A DNA stretch of 64,000 nucleotides. It comes from Candidatus Latescibacterota bacterium. Its GTDB lineage: Bacteria > Latescibacterota > UBA2968 > UBA8231. The DNA is taken from assembly GCA_964291625.2 (NCBI GenBank), contig OZ220089.1, positions 384,001 through 448,000 of the forward strand. The letters are read 5' to 3'. A program made the translations under genes and the position numbers. Within the stretch, counting starts at the first letter, position 1. Each line of letters begins with the position of its first letter. Positions 1 through 10,044 of the stretch are shown here, piece after piece. Below the pieces are notes generated by a model. That model searched no databases and was not told where the DNA came from. It saw only the letters and a program-made list of their open reading frames with translations.

Positions 1-143
1 CGGGCCGCCTCTGCGGGCGTGTCGGCCAGCACCAGGATCGCAGCCGGCTCTCCCTCTGCCACGAGCGGCAGTGGACCGGCGAAACCCGGTGCTGTCTTCA
101 GCATGATTGCGGACAGCGCAAGGAGGGATCCTCGGCTCAGCAT
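1..143 (-). CDS. 5' end of a secreted protein, probably DUF4838/GH20-N-terminal-like; runs off the window edge
   Basis: Not in the ORF track. ATG at 143 is preceded by AGGAGG. Translation MLSRGSLLALSAIMLKTAPGFAGPLPLVAEGEPAAILVLADTPAEAA is a signal peptide plus a motif resembling the N-terminus of 5504..7528. Confidence 0.65.
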   Translation of the reverse strand, partial: MLSRGSLLALSAIMLKTAPGFAGPLPLVAEGEPAAILVLADTPAEAA

Positions 144-197
144 GGACGACCTCCTGACGGCCCCGGCCGGGCCGGACGAGGTGGGGATTGCCATGGT

Positions 198-689
198 TCA
201 GAGGAGGTCCGGCCAGAGGTACCGGACCAGCTGGCCCAGCCCGTAGCTCGCGCCGTTGGCGAGGAAGGAGGCCAGCATCGCCCTGGCCAGCGGGATCCTC
301 CTTGCCACGAGCCAGAAGGTGAAGCCCTCGATGCAGGCGATGAGCAATTCGGCGACGGCGACACCGGACCAGAAGACGTGGGGCTGCTCCAGGACGAAGA
401 AGATCGCCCGACGCCCGTACTCCTCCCTGAGGCTCTCCGGAGCGAGCAGGAGGCTGAGGGTGGCCACGTAGAACCGCGGCCAGAGGAACCACAGCACCGG
501 GTGGGTCATGCACGTGCCCCACGCCCCGGCCACGGCCGCCCGGCGGAGGGCTATCCGGGGGCTGGCCCTGTACCTCCTGGCCATCCACACGAAAACCGGC
601 ACCTCGACGGTCAGCGTGAAGGCAAACGACCTGAGCCAGTCCAGCTGCCGGGCCGACAGGTCGAGTGGCAGGAGATCGAGGGGCCCCAT
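198..689 (-). CDS. hypothetical membrane protein (about 4 TM)
   Basis: 163-aa ORF with hydrophobic segments, co-oriented with its neighbours. Confidence 0.7.
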   Translation of the reverse strand: MGPLDLLPLDLSARQLDWLRSFAFTLTVEVPVFVWMARRYRASPRIALRRAAVAGAWGTCMTHPVLWFLWPRFYVATLSLLLAPESLREEYGRRAIFFVLEQPHVFWSGVAVAELLIACIEGFTFWLVARRIPLARAMLASFLANGASYGLGQLVRYLWPDLL

Positions 690-735
690 CAGGACGCGGC
701 TCCGCCGGTCGGGCCGGGCGGCGCGGCCGGCTGGA

Positions 736-1965
736 TCACCCGCTCACGTAGATCCGTACTTCGAAGCCCTCCATCATGGTGATGATCCCGTCCTCGATCG
801 TCGTCAGGTCGGAGGAGACCGGCGTCAGCGGCCGCAGGTCCTCCGCATCCAGCCAGTCGAGTCCCTGGATGATGAGGTCCGCGGGAGTCCCGTCCTCGTT
901 GATGAGAACGAGCATGGTGCGCTCGCCATGGCGGCGGGCCACGGCGGTCCCGCCGAGCAGCCACGGATACCGGTTCGGTTCGTTGACGGCCCGCACGCTG
1001 TGGATGGTGGCCGACGTCAGGAACGGGTGGAGCTGCGACAGCTCGGAGACCACGGGCAGGAGGTTGTTCATGAGGGACTCGCGGTCCTCCTCGTAGGCCG
1101 AGCCCCACCAGAAGATGCCGGTGGCGCCGTAGGCGATCGACTGCCACGCCATGTAACGCATCTGCTCCAGGGTCGGCAGGACGTGCGGCCCCTCGCGATC
1201 TGGCAGGGAGCTCCAGGAGAAGGCCTGCTGCACGATCCACAGATCGCAGCGCGGCGCCGTCTTGTGGAAGCGGTCCGTGTAGAGCCCCATGTACTGCATG
1301 GGACGGCGGTCGCTGGCGGGGATCGGGTAGTAGTCGAACCCGACGATGTCCAGGGACGGCGCGCAGCGGGCCAGCGACGCCTGGCTGCTCTGGCAGGCCT
1401 CGTTGATCCACAGGCGGCGCCCGGGATCGTGCTCGCGGATCAGGGCGGCGCCCCAAGTCAGTCCGCGGACCAGCGAGTCCATCCGCGCGATCCGGGCCTC
1501 GGCGACCTCCTTGTGGGGACCCCAGAAGCGCGGCGGCTGGGCCCGCTCCAGGCGCCAGGCCCACCAGATCGCCTCGTCGGGGGCTTCCCACACCACCAGC
1601 GCCGGGTGGTCCTTGAGGCTGTTGACGAACTCGACGAGCCTGGAGCCGCCGTCATCGTCGTGCACGATCATGGGGGCGTGAACCGTGGCGTGCATCCCCC
1701 ACTTCCAGTTCTCGTCGAGCTGCTCGCGGTTCCCGGCCTTGACGAGGTTGATCCCCGCCTCCTGCCAGCGGCGCCACTCGTCGTCGTTCCGGGGGCGCTC
1801 GTACATCCCCAGGGCGAAGAGGGGCTGCCCGTCCCGGGAGACGACCGAGCGAGCCGGGCCGCGGGCGTCGTGGTCGTCCCCGAGGGCGGCGCCCGGGAGC
1901 AGCAGGAGCCCCGCGATACACGCCGCGGCGATCCCGTCGAGGGGGGTGCTGTTCCGTGTCAGCAT
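736..1965 (-). CDS. secreted glycoside-hydrolase-like TIM-barrel protein
   Basis: GGAGG RBS, signal peptide, and motifs DGQPLFALGMY, HPALVVWEAPDE, DIVGFDYYP, W-x-V-x-QAF, GATGIFWW typical of uncharacterised clan GH-A-like barrels. Confidence 0.65.
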   Translation of the reverse strand: MLTRNSTPLDGIAAACIAGLLLLPGAALGDDHDARGPARSVVSRDGQPLFALGMYERPRNDDEWRRWQEAGINLVKAGNREQLDENWKWGMHATVHAPMIVHDDDGGSRLVEFVNSLKDHPALVVWEAPDEAIWWAWRLERAQPPRFWGPHKEVAEARIARMDSLVRGLTWGAALIREHDPGRRLWINEACQSSQASLARCAPSLDIVGFDYYPIPASDRRPMQYMGLYTDRFHKTAPRCDLWIVQQAFSWSSLPDREGPHVLPTLEQMRYMAWQSIAYGATGIFWWGSAYEEDRESLMNNLLPVVSELSQLHPFLTSATIHSVRAVNEPNRYPWLLGGTAVARRHGERTMLVLINEDGTPADLIIQGLDWLDAEDLRPLTPVSSDLTTIEDGIITMMEGFEVRIYVSG

Positions 1966-1993
1966 GTCTCACCTCCATGAGTGAAGCCATGGG

Positions 1994-4900
1994 CTATGGC
2001 TGCAGCCGGACCAGGGTTCTCTCCACGGCCCGGCAGATCTCCTGTACGCGTTCCCAGTCCGGCGACTCCCGGTAGAGCAGGAAGGTCGAGGAGGGGCGCA
2101 ACTCCTCGAGGAGGGCCCCGGCTTCGGGGTCTCCGGTCTCGGCCGCCCGCTTCGCGAGCATGGTGAAGGCGGTGAAGTCCTCGGTGCCGTCGCGCACCGC
2201 CTGCCAGCGCCGGTTGCTGGTGAAGTGCACGCCGTCGTCGCCGATGGTCACGTAGTCGGGTTCCTCCTCGGGGCGGGTCCTCCACAGGGGCGGCCCGTGC
2301 CGCAGGCTCCAGAAGCCCCAGCCCTCCAGTCCGAGGCGGAAGGTCTCCCAGCCCGAGCCCCGGTAGAACCCCAGCGGATTGAGAACCAGGCCGTTCCCCT
2401 CGGCGACGAACCACCAGACCGGGTTCCCCTCCCGCCCCCGCATGACGGGCATGGCCTGGTCGAACAGACGTTTGAGGACCTTCATGGCCGGCTGCCAGAC
2501 GTGGGTCACCTCGGCCATCCTCTCGACCTGCTCCGCCGTGGTCGTGCCGGCGTAGTTGTTGTAGATCCGCCAACGGGGATCGCTGTCGACCAGCCGGCGC
2601 GCCCGGTCGATGAAGGTCTGCACCGAACCCTCGCCGGTGAGCCCCGGCTCGTCCTGCGGGTACACGGACCACCGGTCGGCGCCGATCCCGAGGGAGTCCA
2701 GCCGCGGGAAGACGGCGTCGGCATAGGTCCGGAAGCCCGCGAGCCACTGCTCCTCGTCCGGCTTCACCCCCTCGGGCCAGTAGATGTGGTAGTTCTGGAA
2801 GAGCAGGTGCTTCAGGGGGCCCACCGTCTCCCACATGCGGTCGAAGGCCGACCAGTCCAGGGGCTTGATCAGCCGGGTCCCGCTGGTGTCGACGTAGGCA
2901 TAAGGCAGGTTCAGAACGGCCGCGTTGACCCCCGAGCGCTTCAGGTGGACGGCCAGCCGCCGCATCCGTTCGGGGCCCTGGTGCAGGGGGTAGACCCAGG
3001 GGTGGAAGACGTAGGGCCGCTCCCAGCGGTGCTCCGGCAGGGCCACCTCCGAAACCCGCAGGCGCACTGTCAGGGTATCCCGGTACGGCGCCGGCTCCAG
3101 GGTCGTGAGGGGCCACCGGAGGGTGTACTCCCCGGCGGCCAGCCCGTAGGTGCTCACCTCCAGCCACAGGTCCTCCACCTCCCCGGGGGCCACCTCCAGG
3201 AGCTTCTCCGGACCCAGCTCCGGCAGCAGCTCCGGAACCCGCTCGTCGGTCTCCGTCCCCAGCACCCGGTAGGCGTGCTTCGACTGGAGGGAGACCACCT
3301 GGGAGAACCGGACGACCTCGTCCGCCTCGAGCTCCAGGTCGACGCTGGTGTCGGCCGCGGCGATGGCGCCGGGCTCCAGCCGCACCACCAGACCCGCCGG
3401 CGAGGTGTTGAGGACGTGGACGGCGCGGCTCTCCACCTCGTTGCCGTACCCCCAGACCTCGACCACGGGAGAGCCGAGGTCGGCCGGCAGCTCGTCCAGC
3501 GGGTTGACCAAGTCCCAGGGGTTGGGGTCCTCCCAGACGGCCAGGTCCGTGTTCGCCCTCTCCGCCGCCTGCCGCCCCGTCAGCGCCGTCAGGCCCGCTG
3601 CCCGCCGCGTCGCCTTCAACAGCAGCCGGACCCGGTCGGCCAGGGCCTCGTGCTCCCGCCAGGTGAACGACTCCAGCCCTCTCGCCCGGGCCTTCAGCAC
3701 GGCCAGGTCCCCCTGGATCTCGGCGGCCTGGTGCAGGGCGAAGCGCGCCGCCCGGGAGTGACCGTCGGCCAACGCCCCGGCCACCTTCCGGGCCTGGCCC
3801 GCCGCCGATTCGACCTGCCGGATCACCGGTCCCAGCAGATCCTCCACCTTCACCGTCCGGCGCTGCCAGCTCTTCACGCGGCCGGCCCCATCCAGGAGCC
3901 GCACCTCCACCCGGTGGTCTCCGGGCTGCCGTACGGGATACCGCAGCGCCGGCGGATCTCCGGCCCGGAGCGTGTGCAGGCGGCCCCAGCGCTCTCCGCC
4001 GGGACCGAGGACCGAGACCTCCGCGTAGTCGCCCGGCCGGGCGTCGGGCGAATCGAGATCCAGCACGTTGTATCCGTAGTGCGGCGGCGGAATGGAGCCG
4101 ACCAGCACCCCTTCCTCCCCGGGGGGGCGGGCCTCGGAGGGCTGGCGCGAGACCGGCAGCTCGTCCCCGCCCCACATGTGGCCGGCGGCGATGGCGCCGC
4201 CCTCGAAGGGGAACTCCCAGGCCGTCAGGTGCCTCTCCCCCGCGACCACCTCCAGGCGGCCGTCCCTGTCCAGGTCCGCCACCAGGGGGGCGTGGATGCC
4301 CCCGTCCTCCTGGGCCACGGCAGACAGGATCTCTCCGCTCGAGGGGTCGACCACGTACAGCCCCGTGCGCCGCTCGTCCGGCGAGTGACCCCGCACGCCC
4401 ACCACCACCTCCTGCGCACCGTCGCCGTTGAGGTCGGCCACGGCCGGCGGGAAGAAGATCCCCCGCCCGCCGAGCTGGGTGCCCCATAGGGTTTCGCCGG
4501 AGAGGCTCATGCGCGCCACCAGGGTCGACTTGCCGGTGACGATCAGGTCGTGGACTCCGTCTCCCTCCAGGTCTGCCGCGATCAGCCCCAGGTACCCGAA
4601 GTAGCTCGGCTGCGGCTCGACCCACGCCACGGCGCCCGTCGGCCCGTCCAGCCGCACCACGAAGTTGCGCACGCAGTCCAGGAAGTAGACCTCGGTGCGG
4701 CCGTCCCCGTCCCCGTCCATGACCATCGGCCGGTTGCGGCTGAAGACGGCTCCGTGGTCCGACAGGTCCGCCTGCCAGAGGAGCTGGCCCGAGCCCGACA
4801 GGGCCAGGACCCGCGAGTCGCTGCCGTAGACGACCTCGTCCCGGCCGTCGCCGTCCAGGTCCGCCGCCACCGGCGCCGAGGCCAGCCCCCAGCGGGCGTT

Positions 4901-5443
4901 GAACTGCCAGAGCACCCGTCCCCGCCGGTCCAGGCATCCCACCCAGCCGGCCTTGGAGGTCACCACGATCTCGGGCCGGCCGTCGCCGTCGACGTCACCC
5001 GACGTGGGGAACATGCGGAAGTCGATCGGCCCGAACCCCGGCCAGCGCCAGAGCACCCGGCCGCCCCCGTCGAGGGCGAAGACCTCCCCGTAGCTGGCCT
5101 GGACCACGATCTCGGGATCTCCCTCGCCGTCCAGGTCGACCACCACCGGCGTCCGGACGCGCTCCCTGGCCCACTCCACCTGTCCGGCCACCTTGTCCAG
5201 GCCGATCAGCTGCGTCCTCCAGACCTCCCGCCCCTTCGTGTCCAGCCGCAGCAGGTCGATGCCTTCCCCCATCAGGAGGCCCTCGATCGCGGGCCCCGAC
5301 GGGTAGGGCACCGGGCTGCTCAGACCCTGCGACTCGTAGCGCCACTGCTGCTCCGGCGACGGCCAGGGATCCGCCCCTTGGGCCGCAGCGGCGGCCAGCC
5401 ACCAGACCAGCGTCAGGAATACGACCGCTGCGCGTGAAGACAT
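1994..5443 (-). CDS. large secreted protein: FG-GAP/PQQ-like beta-propeller repeats plus a C-terminal GH123/DUF4091-like domain
   Basis: Signal peptide; about 7 D-L-D-G-D-G-x-x-E repeats; C-terminal YPQDEP, GWGFW and R-W-x-A-V-R-D-G-x-E-D motifs. Confidence 0.75.
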   Translation of the reverse strand: MSSRAAVVFLTLVWWLAAAAAQGADPWPSPEQQWRYESQGLSSPVPYPSGPAIEGLLMGEGIDLLRLDTKGREVWRTQLIGLDKVAGQVEWARERVRTPVVVDLDGEGDPEIVVQASYGEVFALDGGGRVLWRWPGFGPIDFRMFPTSGDVDGDGRPEIVVTSKAGWVGCLDRRGRVLWQFNARWGLASAPVAADLDGDGRDEVVYGSDSRVLALSGSGQLLWQADLSDHGAVFSRNRPMVMDGDGDGRTEVYFLDCVRNFVVRLDGPTGAVAWVEPQPSYFGYLGLIAADLEGDGVHDLIVTGKSTLVARMSLSGETLWGTQLGGRGIFFPPAVADLNGDGAQEVVVGVRGHSPDERRTGLYVVDPSSGEILSAVAQEDGGIHAPLVADLDRDGRLEVVAGERHLTAWEFPFEGGAIAAGHMWGGDELPVSRQPSEARPPGEEGVLVGSIPPPHYGYNVLDLDSPDARPGDYAEVSVLGPGGERWGRLHTLRAGDPPALRYPVRQPGDHRVEVRLLDGAGRVKSWQRRTVKVEDLLGPVIRQVESAAGQARKVAGALADGHSRAARFALHQAAEIQGDLAVLKARARGLESFTWREHEALADRVRLLLKATRRAAGLTALTGRQAAERANTDLAVWEDPNPWDLVNPLDELPADLGSPVVEVWGYGNEVESRAVHVLNTSPAGLVVRLEPGAIAAADTSVDLELEADEVVRFSQVVSLQSKHAYRVLGTETDERVPELLPELGPEKLLEVAPGEVEDLWLEVSTYGLAAGEYTLRWPLTTLEPAPYRDTLTVRLRVSEVALPEHRWERPYVFHPWVYPLHQGPERMRRLAVHLKRSGVNAAVLNLPYAYVDTSGTRLIKPLDWSAFDRMWETVGPLKHLLFQNYHIYWPEGVKPDEEQWLAGFRTYADAVFPRLDSLGIGADRWSVYPQDEPGLTGEGSVQTFIDRARRLVDSDPRWRIYNNYAGTTTAEQVERMAEVTHVWQPAMKVLKRLFDQAMPVMRGREGNPVWWFVAEGNGLVLNPLGFYRGSGWETFRLGLEGWGFWSLRHGPPLWRTRPEEEPDYVTIGDDGVHFTSNRRWQAVRDGTEDFTAFTMLAKRAAETGDPEAGALLEELRPSSTFLLYRESPDWERVQEICRAVERTLVRLQP

Positions 5444-5503
5444 GGCTTCCTCTCCTTCCCCGACCTGCTGCGCCGTGAGGGTGCCTGGCCGGGACCCGGT
5501 CTC

Positions 5504-7528
5504 CTAGTCGAGGGTGGCCGCGAGATCGTCCAGAGCCAGCTTCGGCCGCTCCCAGAAGCTGGTGACCCACAGGAGATCGGAGAAGAACATGCGCTGGTTC
5601 TTCTTGCGGAAGGCGACCAGCTCCCGCAGCGCCGACTCGGCCTCCGCCCGGTTCGCCTCCGGGACCGTGTCCGGGACCTCGTCCTGTATCTCGAAGAGGG
5701 ATGTCAGCCGCAGGGTCAGCCGGGCGTGGTCGAAACCGACGCGGACGAAGCGCACTCGCTCGGCGAACTCCGTCGCGACGCCCGGCGCTCCGGCTTCGGC
5801 CTCCGCCTGCTCCAGCAGCCGCTCGGCCGGGCCGAAGGCCTCGGGCGGGAAGGCCAGGTGGGCCTTGCGGGCATAGGAGCGGTAGCGCCAGCCGAACTCC
5901 CAGAACAACTCGATGAAGCGCAATTGGTTGTCGAAGGAGTAGTCCTCCCAGTACTGGAAGTAGCGGTCCATGGTGCCGGCGGCGGGGCCGAAAGCCGAGA
6001 GGTACTCGGCGCGGATGGCGTCCAGCTCCAGGCTGGGATCGCTGAGGAGGCGCATGTGCATGTAGAGCCGCAGGCCGTGGACCCCCCACTGCCCGGTGAG
6101 GGAGTCGAAGCTGCCCCCCTCCATGCCGTTCTCCCAGGCGAACCTGAAGAACTCCCCGGACTGGCGCGTGTCGAAGTGGGGCAGCACGTAGCCGTCGTGC
6201 AGATAGTTGGGCCGGTAGCCCATGCGGATCCCCGTCCTCCGCCAGCCCAGCCACTGCTCCTTCACCCACTCGTACGCCTCGGGGGGCATGGGGAAGTAGC
6301 GGAGGTGCGGGTCCTGCCACTGCACGAACTCGCCGTAGAGGCTGTTGCCGAGGTGGATGTCGAAGAGGGGCGCCGGGAACTCGTTCTCGTAGATGAAGGA
6401 GACCGAGACCCTGGCATGGGGATTCCGCTTGCGGGCCTTCTCGTGGATCGTCTTCCAGAACCGCGCGTAGCGGTCCGATGTCACCCCCGAGAACTCCTCC
6501 TGGGCCCGGTGGTCCGTGGCGTAGACCCGCTCGGCGAACCACGGCGGCTCCTCCGGCTGGGGCGCGTCCCAGGACTGGCAGACGTCGCAGGTGCACCGCC
6601 CCGGGCGGTCCACGGGGCCGAGGAGGAGCCAGCTCTCGCCGTCCCAGCGGCTGACCACGAACTCCTGCAGCTCCTCGTTGGAGACGCACATGGCCACGTG
6701 GGCGTAACTCGTGTCCGGATCGCCGCGCACGCCGTCCCGACGCAGCTGAAACCAGTCCGGGTGCTCGCGTCCATATCGCTGCCACCAGCCGCTGAAGGCG
6801 TGGCCCGACGGCGGCTTGGCGTCCATGCCGCCGAACCGGTGCCGGCGCAGGAGCACCTGCACGGCCTTGCCGTACTCCACGGCCACCTCGTGGCTGAAGC
6901 CGAGCTTCTCGTCGCCGGGATCCAGCGGCGCCCCTCCGAGGGCGACGGAGCGGACCGCGCCCCAGGAGAAGTGCCGGAAGCGCAGGGCCGGCGCCGTGGT
7001 CTGGTTGATGGCGGAGATGCGGACGACATCGGTACGGGGGACGTAGGTGCCCAGCTCGCCGGGCCAGAGCCAGCGCACGCCGAGGACCTCCTCGAGGATC
7101 TCGTACACGCCGAAGAGGGGCCCCACGTCGGGATTGTGCTCGGCAAAGGGGTCGCCGCCGGACTCCCGGCCCCCGATGAAGAGATCGTTCCCCACGGAGC
7201 GCAGGACGAAGGTCTCCCGCGGCAGGCGTTCCGGGTCGAGCCCGAAGGTCCGGCCCGTCTCGGTGTCCCCCACGTACACGCGGCTGTGCACGTCCTCCGG
7301 CACCTCGGACTCGGGCACGATCGGCAGCGACACGCCAGTCGCCTTCTCGATGTGCCGGACCAGCTCCTCCGCCGCGTAGCGCGCCGTCGGCGTCGGCTCG
7401 TCGGCGGTGACCACCACGGCGTGGGCCGTTCCGTCCTCGACGATGCGGACCTGCGCTTGGCCGGGGAAAGGCAGCAGAATCCCGACGAACAGGGCCGCCA
7501 TGAGCTTGGAGTGGATTCCTCGCCTCAT
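5504..7528 (-). CDS. DUF4838 domain secreted protein
   Basis: Signal peptide; ARYAAEELVRHIEKATG, GVYEILEEVLGVRWLWPG, GHAF...EHPDWF, MCVSN, CTCDVC and FGPAA motifs. Confidence 0.8.
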   Translation of the reverse strand: MRRGIHSKLMAALFVGILLPFPGQAQVRIVEDGTAHAVVVTADEPTPTARYAAEELVRHIEKATGVSLPIVPESEVPEDVHSRVYVGDTETGRTFGLDPERLPRETFVLRSVGNDLFIGGRESGGDPFAEHNPDVGPLFGVYEILEEVLGVRWLWPGELGTYVPRTDVVRISAINQTTAPALRFRHFSWGAVRSVALGGAPLDPGDEKLGFSHEVAVEYGKAVQVLLRRHRFGGMDAKPPSGHAFSGWWQRYGREHPDWFQLRRDGVRGDPDTSYAHVAMCVSNEELQEFVVSRWDGESWLLLGPVDRPGRCTCDVCQSWDAPQPEEPPWFAERVYATDHRAQEEFSGVTSDRYARFWKTIHEKARKRNPHARVSVSFIYENEFPAPLFDIHLGNSLYGEFVQWQDPHLRYFPMPPEAYEWVKEQWLGWRRTGIRMGYRPNYLHDGYVLPHFDTRQSGEFFRFAWENGMEGGSFDSLTGQWGVHGLRLYMHMRLLSDPSLELDAIRAEYLSAFGPAAGTMDRYFQYWEDYSFDNQLRFIELFWEFGWRYRSYARKAHLAFPPEAFGPAERLLEQAEAEAGAPGVATEFAERVRFVRVGFDHARLTLRLTSLFEIQDEVPDTVPEANRAEAESALRELVAFRKKNQRMFFSDLLWVTSFWERPKLALDDLAATLD

Positions 7529-7584
7529 GATCTCGCCTCCCCGAGCCCGTCCGGTGCCGACCGGACCCGCAATGGGGTCGCGGC

Positions 7585-7613
7585 ATCGTATGACAATCCC
7601 GGGGCTTTGGCAA
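7585..7613 (-). promoter_or_regulatory. sigma70-type promoter for the DUF4838/glycosidase-like cluster
   Basis: TTGCCA-17bp-TACGAT on the minus strand. Confidence 0.55.
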
Positions 7614-7638
7614 ACTCACTCCAGGACCCGCCCCCGGC

Positions 7639-9582
7639 TCAGAAGTTGAAGATCATGTTCCCTTCCACGCCGTGGGCCCCGTCGATGAAGACCCACATGC
7701 AGGCGGTGGAGAACTCGCCCAGGATCAGCCCGAGGAAGAAGGGCAGAAGGGAGCGGTAGGTCCGCACACCGCCGTGGCGCAGCGTGAGCGCCTTGAAGAC
7801 CCAGGCCAGGAAGAGGGCGAACCAGTCGTAGGAGACGATCGGATAGGTGGTGGCTATGGGGAAGCCGATGGGATGGAGAGGCCACCAGGGAAAGCGCTGG
7901 CGCAGGAACAGGAGCAGGCCCATGAAGCCGCCCCCAAGGCCGGTGAAGAGCATGCGCGGCGAGAAGGAGGACTCCGGATCGTTGTACACGGAGGCCATGT
8001 ACCTGAGGGGCCACCTGGGGGCCCCCTCGAAGAACCAACCGTGCAGGTTGACCCCGCCGTGGGCGTAGGAGATGCCCATGGTGACCCAGATCGAGCCGGC
8101 CATGCCGACGACGATGGCGGCCAGGAAGATCCAGGGCAGGCGCCGGTCCGGCCGCTCCCCCGCGGTGGCCTTGAGCTTGAAGGTGTGGAGCATGGCGCTC
8201 GTCATGGTGGTGAGCCCCCCGGCCCCCACCCACACCGTGCTCAACCCCAGGCCTGTCATGTTCCCCAGGCCCAGGACGCCCGGCCCGAAACCGCGGGTGA
8301 TGAAGGACTGGGGCACCATCGGCGTCTGCACCCCGGGGAGGCCGGCCTCGCAGATGACGCGGGCCACGCCGATGTAGACGATGAGGGCCCCGAGAACCAG
8401 CAGCACGGCCACGTACAGACTGAGGCCGGTCAGGACGAGCCAGGCCACCACCACGGCCACCCCGGCCGGCAGCCCGACGAGGGCGGTGCGCGGCGCCATC
8501 ACCTCGCCGCCGCCCTTGTTGTCCAAAGCGCACCTCACCAGGCCGGCCAGGTGCCGCCGCGCCGTCCACAGGACGAATCCCACCAGGACGACGAGGGCCC
8601 CGGCCTGCTGATGCATGATCGCCGCCGGCGCCCCCCCGGAGTTCCACACGTCGCCGCCGCCGATGTCCAGGCCGACGCGGGTGAAGACCCAGGTCTGCAC
8701 GAGGCCGAGGACGAAGAAGAACCAGACGCTGAAGGAGACCCCCAGCGACATGAGGTAGCCCACCCCGATGATCGGCAGGTTGAGGCGGAAGGGTACCGAC
8801 ACCTGCCCCTGGAGCAGGCTGAAGGAGCCGGTCAGGGCCAGGGGCTGGATGCCGTCGTGGTAGGCGGAGAGGGAGTTCCACGAGTGCAGCAGCAGGGGAA
8901 TGGCGAAGCCGAGCCACATGAGCCGGCTCCGCAGCAGCGGGCTGAAGAGGGAGGACTTCCCCGGCTCCTGGGTCATGGCCAGGGGCAGGCTGGTCAGCGG
9001 AAAGAGGAGCCGCTCGTTGTCGATCCACTGGCCGCGCAGGAGCACCGCCAGGCAGAGGACGACCCAGTAGAGGGCGGCCATGAAGGGCATCCACACGGCC
9101 AGGGTGAGGGCCCAGGCCGACCAGGGGACGGCCATGCCCTGGGGAAGGCCCTCGTAGAGATACTGCACGGCCCCGGGGTCCGTGGGCGTCACCCAGGGGT
9201 GCTGGTGCTCCACGAAGAGGGCCCTCCAGTCGTTCTCGGGACTGGCGTAGTACATGGCGCCGGTGATGACCGACAGGAAGTGGCCGGTGAAGCCGGTGAC
9301 GATCGTCGAACCGACGAGCATCATCCCGTAGACGGTGATCACCTCGGAGCGCGAGAACGCCAGCCGCCGGTGGAGTGCCCCGAGGACCGGCACGGCCACG
9401 GCGGTCATGGCGAAGAGGAAGAGGACGGCGATGATGGGGATGGCCGTGTTGGTGAGCTGCGATCCCTTGACCATCAGGATCGCCCAGGGGCCGAGGTGGC
9501 AGATGACGGCCATCAGCACAGCGCCGGTGAGCACCGCGCGCAGGGTCACGCCCGAGGCCGGGCGAGATCCCGGAACCGTCAA
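7639..9582 (-). CDS. polytopic membrane protein, DUF6785/DUF6784 family (putative OPT-like transporter)
   Basis: Many TM helices; RGQWIDNERLLFPL and PWWPLHPIGF motifs; probable TTG start at 9582 with GGAGG upstream. Confidence 0.75.
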   Translation of the reverse strand: MTVPGSRPASGVTLRAVLTGAVLMAVICHLGPWAILMVKGSQLTNTAIPIIAVLFLFAMTAVAVPVLGALHRRLAFSRSEVITVYGMMLVGSTIVTGFTGHFLSVITGAMYYASPENDWRALFVEHQHPWVTPTDPGAVQYLYEGLPQGMAVPWSAWALTLAVWMPFMAALYWVVLCLAVLLRGQWIDNERLLFPLTSLPLAMTQEPGKSSLFSPLLRSRLMWLGFAIPLLLHSWNSLSAYHDGIQPLALTGSFSLLQGQVSVPFRLNLPIIGVGYLMSLGVSFSVWFFFVLGLVQTWVFTRVGLDIGGGDVWNSGGAPAAIMHQQAGALVVLVGFVLWTARRHLAGLVRCALDNKGGGEVMAPRTALVGLPAGVAVVVAWLVLTGLSLYVAVLLVLGALIVYIGVARVICEAGLPGVQTPMVPQSFITRGFGPGVLGLGNMTGLGLSTVWVGAGGLTTMTSAMLHTFKLKATAGERPDRRLPWIFLAAIVVGMAGSIWVTMGISYAHGGVNLHGWFFEGAPRWPLRYMASVYNDPESSFSPRMLFTGLGGGFMGLLLFLRQRFPWWPLHPIGFPIATTYPIVSYDWFALFLAWVFKALTLRHGGVRTYRSLLPFFLGLILGEFSTACMWVFIDGAHGVEGNMIFNF

Positions 9583-10044
9583 CCCCTGTCCTCCATGGGC
9601 ACCTACCTTCCGCCCGGGACCTTGGTACTTCCACCCGGACCAGGCAACCGTCTCCGGCCGACCAGGGCGACCCGGCCCGGCGCCTCCCGCGCCTGGGCCG
9701 TCGCCGTCGAGGGCCTCCCTCCACCAGCGCAACACAAGGCCCGGCAGAGCGGCGGCAGGCCGCGGACCCGTCCCCAGGCCCAGGGGATCGGGCCCCGCGC
9801 GGCACACTGCTGGCCCGCCGCCGTCGGTGGAGGCGAGCTCGCCGGCACATCTACTGGTATATGGACGAAGGCTGGTCCCGGGGCCGGCGACCAGAAGAAG
9901 GCCGCGCCGGCCCGCAACTGCGGCGCTCCGATGGCACGGTTCGACGCACCCCAAGGCGGGCGGGAGCCGGGATCAACTCGCGCCTGCGGGTCTTCCCCAC
10001 CGGCTGAAGGCCCCCGTGCGTGGCCGGGCGGCTCCGGCGGGCGG

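Noticed and set aside
9600-10044. ncRNA or small gene in long intergenic gaps (also 32807-33171 and 57762-57956)
   Set aside because: Only GC-rich hairpins are present; I recognised no RNA family or credible ORF. An Rfam/Infernal scan would be needed to exclude one.
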